Below are positions 59,359-64,000 of a DNA stretch of 64,000 nucleotides, one piece after another (positions within the stretch are counted from its first letter, which is position 1; each line of letters starts with the position of its first letter). The notes under the pieces were generated by a model, which saw nothing but the letters and a program-made list of their open reading frames with translations, had not been told where the DNA came from and ran no database searches. The stretch is from Zootoca vivipara (lineage: Eukaryota). The position numbers and the translations under genes are program-made. The stretch is from contig NC_083281.1 of NCBI RefSeq assembly GCF_963506605.1, positions 55,676,001 to 55,740,000 of the forward strand. The letters run 5' to 3'.

Positions 59359-60795
59359 TTTGACTGTATTATTTTACTTAGCCTTTAACTGCAAAACAAA
59401 GAGAGAGAGGGTTGTCTCTGTTATTAAAGCACGATTTTGGATTTTTAAAAAGAAAATGAAGGAAAGTAAATTCAGCTTAATAAAATCTAACATTTGTATT
59501 AATGTTGATTACCACTTCTATAGGAGCACAACATACTCAAGATCACCTAACATACATGCATAATATACAAAGAGATGCAAAGTAAATAATTTTTATTAAT
59601 CCTTCATGGATGGTGTGGCGGTTCTAGTTTATCAGTGTTTAGAACCAAACTGAGGAAGTACTGCAAATTAATTAGCACATACTGCAAATAAATGATTTAA
59701 TTTTATTTATTAAAATTATATCCCACCCTTCTGCCCATATGAGCCTAGAGTGGCATAAAATCTACTAATTTAGAGACAAATTTGAGATTATTAGCATCTT
59801 TAGTGAGTGTTTTGAGAGAAACAAATAGTTTCTAAAAGTTTCTGTTAAAAACTTCTGGAACTAGTTTCTTTGCCCAACCTACTGCAAGTAAAGTTGTAAT
59901 TATTTCGAAGACCATGAAGAACAAGAGCTGGCAAAAACACACTTTAATCTCCTGAATTTGTATAGCGTATTACCTCAATAATATTCAATATAAATAAAGT
60001 CTGCAACATATTTTACAGGGACTGTAACCATTTTGTTGCAAGGGGGGAGAGTCCATCAGTCACCAAGAAAAAGAACAGCAAAGGGTCTGTTTTTATTATG
60101 GTAAGTGTTTGTAGATCAGAGGCTACTTCCATATTATTGAGGTTTAAATAATAACAACTTTTACAATAAAGAAACGATCAGACTCTTCTTTGTTACTCTA
60201 TTTAGTCTGGCTGGATTCATGCACCATCTTGAGAACGTTCTCAAGTTAAGCTCTTGTGTTCGGAACTTAATGACTTTAAGATCTATAACTAACTGAATGG
60301 CCACGGAATTCTTCACCCATGTATCTGAGAAAAGCCTGTCGTATCTCAGCCTGACCTACTTCAGAGGCTTGTTCTGAAGTGAGGCAACCCATATACACAT
60401 TGCCTTGTGTGTGGTGGGTGGGGACAAGACAAATAAGTGAATATTCCTGCATTGCAGGGGGTTGGGCTAGATGACCCTTGGGGGGTCCCTTCCAATCCTA
60501 CAATTCTCTGAAACACAAAAATAATAAAAAACATGTTCGGAAGGGTAGCTATGAAAAGTCCTTTGCAGCAAAACAAACAAACAAACAAACCCAGCCGTGT
60601 CTTCTGGCAGTTTAAGGACTAACAGATTTATCATGATTCACATAATAATGCTGTATGGAATAACGTGGAATTGTAATTCTATGTTTTATATTTATTCGTG
60701 GTGCTTTTAAATGCGAGGAAATAAATAAAAGAATACTTAGCAGGAAGGAACAGGAAAATGCCAGCGACTTTCTCCCTTTCTGACAGGAACCTGCC

Positions 60796-60921
60796 CATGG
60801 GCGTAGCCAAGATTTATCGGGGGGGGGGGAGAACCGACTTATCTGCCACGCAATTGGTCAGTTGCCAAGTATTTCTATTTATTTACTTGATTTAGGGGTT
60901 CCCCCTAAATCTACGCCCATG
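60796..60921. mobile_element. hAT MITE, 126 bp, in TERB1 intron 1
   Basis: Perfect 11-bp TIR CATGGGCGTAG; perfect 8-bp TSD AACCTGCC. Confidence 0.88.
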
Positions 60922-60989
60922 AACCTGCCGTTACGCTGAAAAGGCATCCCAGGTTGAGGGGGGAAGACGTGCCCTGACTGACACAACAT

Positions 60990-61375
60990 TATCTTAGCAC
61001 TGGCTGGCGGCGCCCCTCTAAGCAGAAGAGGCTTCTTCTTTGGCAGCCAGGCGACGACACTCCGCTCAGTAAAAGGAGATACTCGCTACCTGGAAAGCCT
61101 CGCAAACGCCGGCGGCCTGCAGCCGCCCCCCACCCCCCTGTCCCGCGAGCGGCTAAACCTGAAAACTCACCGGCCGAGTTTTTCCCGCCTAAATGAAACT
61201 CCTCTTGCGAAGGAGCCGAGCGAGCGTCGCCTCATTTATTACCCCCTTCCCGGTTTGCCTCAGCTGCGGCGGCGAGCTTCGTCTTCATTGCTTCCTTTGG
61301 AGCTGAGCGCTCCCACCTGGGCCAAGCGGGCTTCACCGTCTCCAGCTGGTGGGCCGCCTCCGATTAGGGAAATAA
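60990..61375 (-). promoter_or_regulatory. CpG island promoter and probable non-coding first exon of TERB1
   Basis: CpG-rich block ~1.8 kb upstream of the ATG exon; donor CG|gtgagt at 61171/61170; E2F-type GGCGGGAAA at 61189-61181. Confidence 0.75.
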
Positions 61376-63007
61376 AACACTTGTCATAACCAAATCATGA
61401 ACTGGATATTAAACTGAGGCTGCAATATTGGACGAAAAATAAAACCCCGTACAAACCTATATATATGACGGTCTTAAGGCTTCAAATGTACTTTGCGTGT
61501 AGGATGGAATGACCTATCATATAAAATATACTACTGTTTTTCCTTTCAGAAATCTTAAAAGGTGTGGAACACCCTCCAACCCAAAATACACTTTATATCT
61601 ATTCCTTCTTCAGTATTACTTTTCTGGTGGCATCTTCATCTCTTGAGACTTGAGGGGTCAGACTCTCCAAGAGACTCTTCTGCAGTCAGCACTCTCAACT
61701 AGATTAATTTTTTTAAAAATTGGGAGATTGCAATAACGTTTGTGCAAAATATCATGTGTAGTACACACACTAACAGAGACAAAAAAAAAGTCAGAAGTGA
61801 AAAGTTAGAACCTCCTTGAGCCCATAGGACAGAGCTAGTTTTTCTTCTTAGTAAACCTGCCACACCTCTAACCACACCCCCACCATTGTCTTGAAGTAGG
61901 TCACATTTCAGAAGGACCAGCATAGAATTAGCTCGATTCAATTTTTATCCTACATTTAGTCCAAAAAGTATTCGTTTCCCTTCTCTCCCCACACCTCAGT
62001 CTTACTCCATATTTAATGTCTAAACTCCCAGGGTAGTTCTCATCCTGCCTCTGCACTCTCACTGAAAGTGCCCCTGAAGCTTAACTTTCAATGCTGAGGT
62101 TTAGGATCAAGGTGTCAGAATGCAAATTGTTCATTTTACTTGCTAGCCTGTGCCATTATTTTTTAAAAAAAATTGTTTGTGCTCCCTCACCATCAGTAAC
62201 ATTTACTATAAGTTTCATGCCCTACTATTGAGCTTCAAGAGACATGGAGTGGTGCAGTTTTAGAATGCAGACACAGCTCTGGGTCTAAGCCAGCAAAATC
62301 AACACCTGCTTTCCAGTATTTTAAAACCACCAAGTCACCCCACACACTTTTTTTCAGGAAGGGGATCACTTCAGAGGTGTGCATTAGATATGGAAATTAA
62401 TTCACCTCAGATCAGACTTCCAGGTCTACTAGTTGGTGAGGAAGTAATTAACGTGGCATCCAGCCGTATTAGTTTGTCCATGAAAAATAAGGTGTACAAG
62501 TAATGCATGCACATGCACAAAGGTGCCTAATTCACATGAAAATGCCTCTACTGAAAAGCAGGGTGAAGCAATCAACGAGCTTTGATCTTTACTGGGTTGT
62601 TTTCCCACATTTATTTTAAACATCAAGTGATAAAAATCCGTATGTGAACACAAAGGAGCCACCTCTGCAACAGTGATAAGTTCAATTCACACAAAGCACT
62701 GGAACTGCAAGCAGACGGTAAATATTAAAATCTCATGAAAACCTGCTCACCAAATAAAACATTTTATTTTACCTACTTAGTATGCCTTTTGCTTTAACAG
62801 AACCAATACAGCACACTATTAGCTATAGCTGACATATCCAGCATGCCACAGCACCAAACCACTGTTTGGCTTACATGCATTCCTAGAATGCTGTTTCAAA
62901 ATTGACATTAAACCCATGGAAGGGATTATCCCAAATCATTTACTTCCTTGTTTTTGCCTGCCTATAAATTGGGTAGTGCATAATAGTACTCTTCCATCAC
63001 ACTAGAT

Positions 63008-63142
63008 CAGGCTTCCTCAACCTCGGCCCGCCAGGTGTTTTTGGCCTACAACTCCCATGATCCCTAGCTTGCAGGACCAGTGGTCAGGGATGCTGGGAAT
63101 TGTAGTCTTAAAACATCTGGAGGCCAAGGTTGAGGAAGCCTG
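63008..63142. mobile_element. hAT MITE, related subfamily
   Basis: TIR CAGGCTTCCTCAACCT; same internal core; degenerate TSD cactagat/cactacaa. Confidence 0.85.
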
Positions 63143-64000
63143 CACTACAACTAAAATCCATGTCACTTGATTTGTAATTATTGGGTAGTAATTATTAACT
63201 TGCCTTTGACCCCATGGAGCCTCAGGGCAGTTTAGAACAATCTTAAACTAGGGCACCTCCTTTTGTACAAAGTAACACCAATATACCTACAAAGTATGAT
63301 TCCCCACCGCCAATAAATCCAATTCTTGAGCAATCTCCAATTCACTGGAACTAATGCTAACATGATCACGTATGTTTGTACAAACCATCAAGTCCAAGTC
63401 TTTCAACTAATCCCAGGAAAACATATTTAATCCTTTCCCCAGCAACGTTACAGATACTAACAACTGATCTATTCCTATAAGGAGCAGAAGTAGTCAAACA
63501 AATATATTGGGAAGACCAAGAACAACAGTTTCTAAAGTTGCTATTACTACACATTCTCTTTCAGAATGCTTTAAATCTTGTTCATAGTTTGATATATTAA
63601 TAATATTCAAAGGTGCATTGTGTGTTAGTGTATACATTGGTGTGTGTTTTTTTTAATAAAAAAACCTCTTTCTGCACAAAAGTAGCTTACATTGAAAACA
63701 AAACTCCATATTATTTGCTGTACATTTGCTTCAAAGAGGTATTTATTTAACACATAGTTTAAGAAACACTTTTCGGAGTGATATGAGCAGGCTAGTAGCA
63801 ATGGTCTGAATTGGGTCCCACTCCCAATAGCACACAAGAAAAAAGCTGCTTACATCTAAAATAATATGGTGTTGGTAGTGATGACAGTCAACCTATTCCA
63901 GTGCCTCTTACTAAAATACAAGATAAAAATATTTATTACAATTCAGAAGAACATTTAATAATCGGGAAAAATTACAAAGAAGGGAACTTGGCAGCAAACA

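Noticed and set aside
61400-64000. NAE1, expected next by synteny
   Set aside because: No NAE1 coding exon recognised; only a possible minus-strand AATAAA near 63937-63932, which is not enough for a call.

Overview
Vertebrate nuclear DNA. The repeat content (BovB, L2, CR1, tRNA-derived SINEs, hAT and Tc1/mariner MITEs) points to a squamate reptile, probably a lacertid-type lizard (inference). Three protein-coding genes lie on the minus strand in the order recalled for human 16q22: CMTM4 (CpG island and first coding exon only), a complete 13-exon DYNC1LI2 (488 aa, ~3.1 kb 3' UTR) and a complete TERB1/CCDC79 (18 coding exons, ~766 aa, C-terminal exon boundaries less certain). Points of note: a U12-type intron in DYNC1LI2; two Penelope-type hammerhead ribozyme motifs; a non-autonomous Helitron and a Tc2-like transposon, each carrying a GC-rich tandem array with higher-order structure; an unclassified structured retroposon with a long target-site duplication (TSD); and apparent loss or divergence of the TRF1-binding motif of TERB1. 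No database searches were run; homology calls come from recalled sequences and manual translation. I found no evidence of a wholly new multi-gene system.
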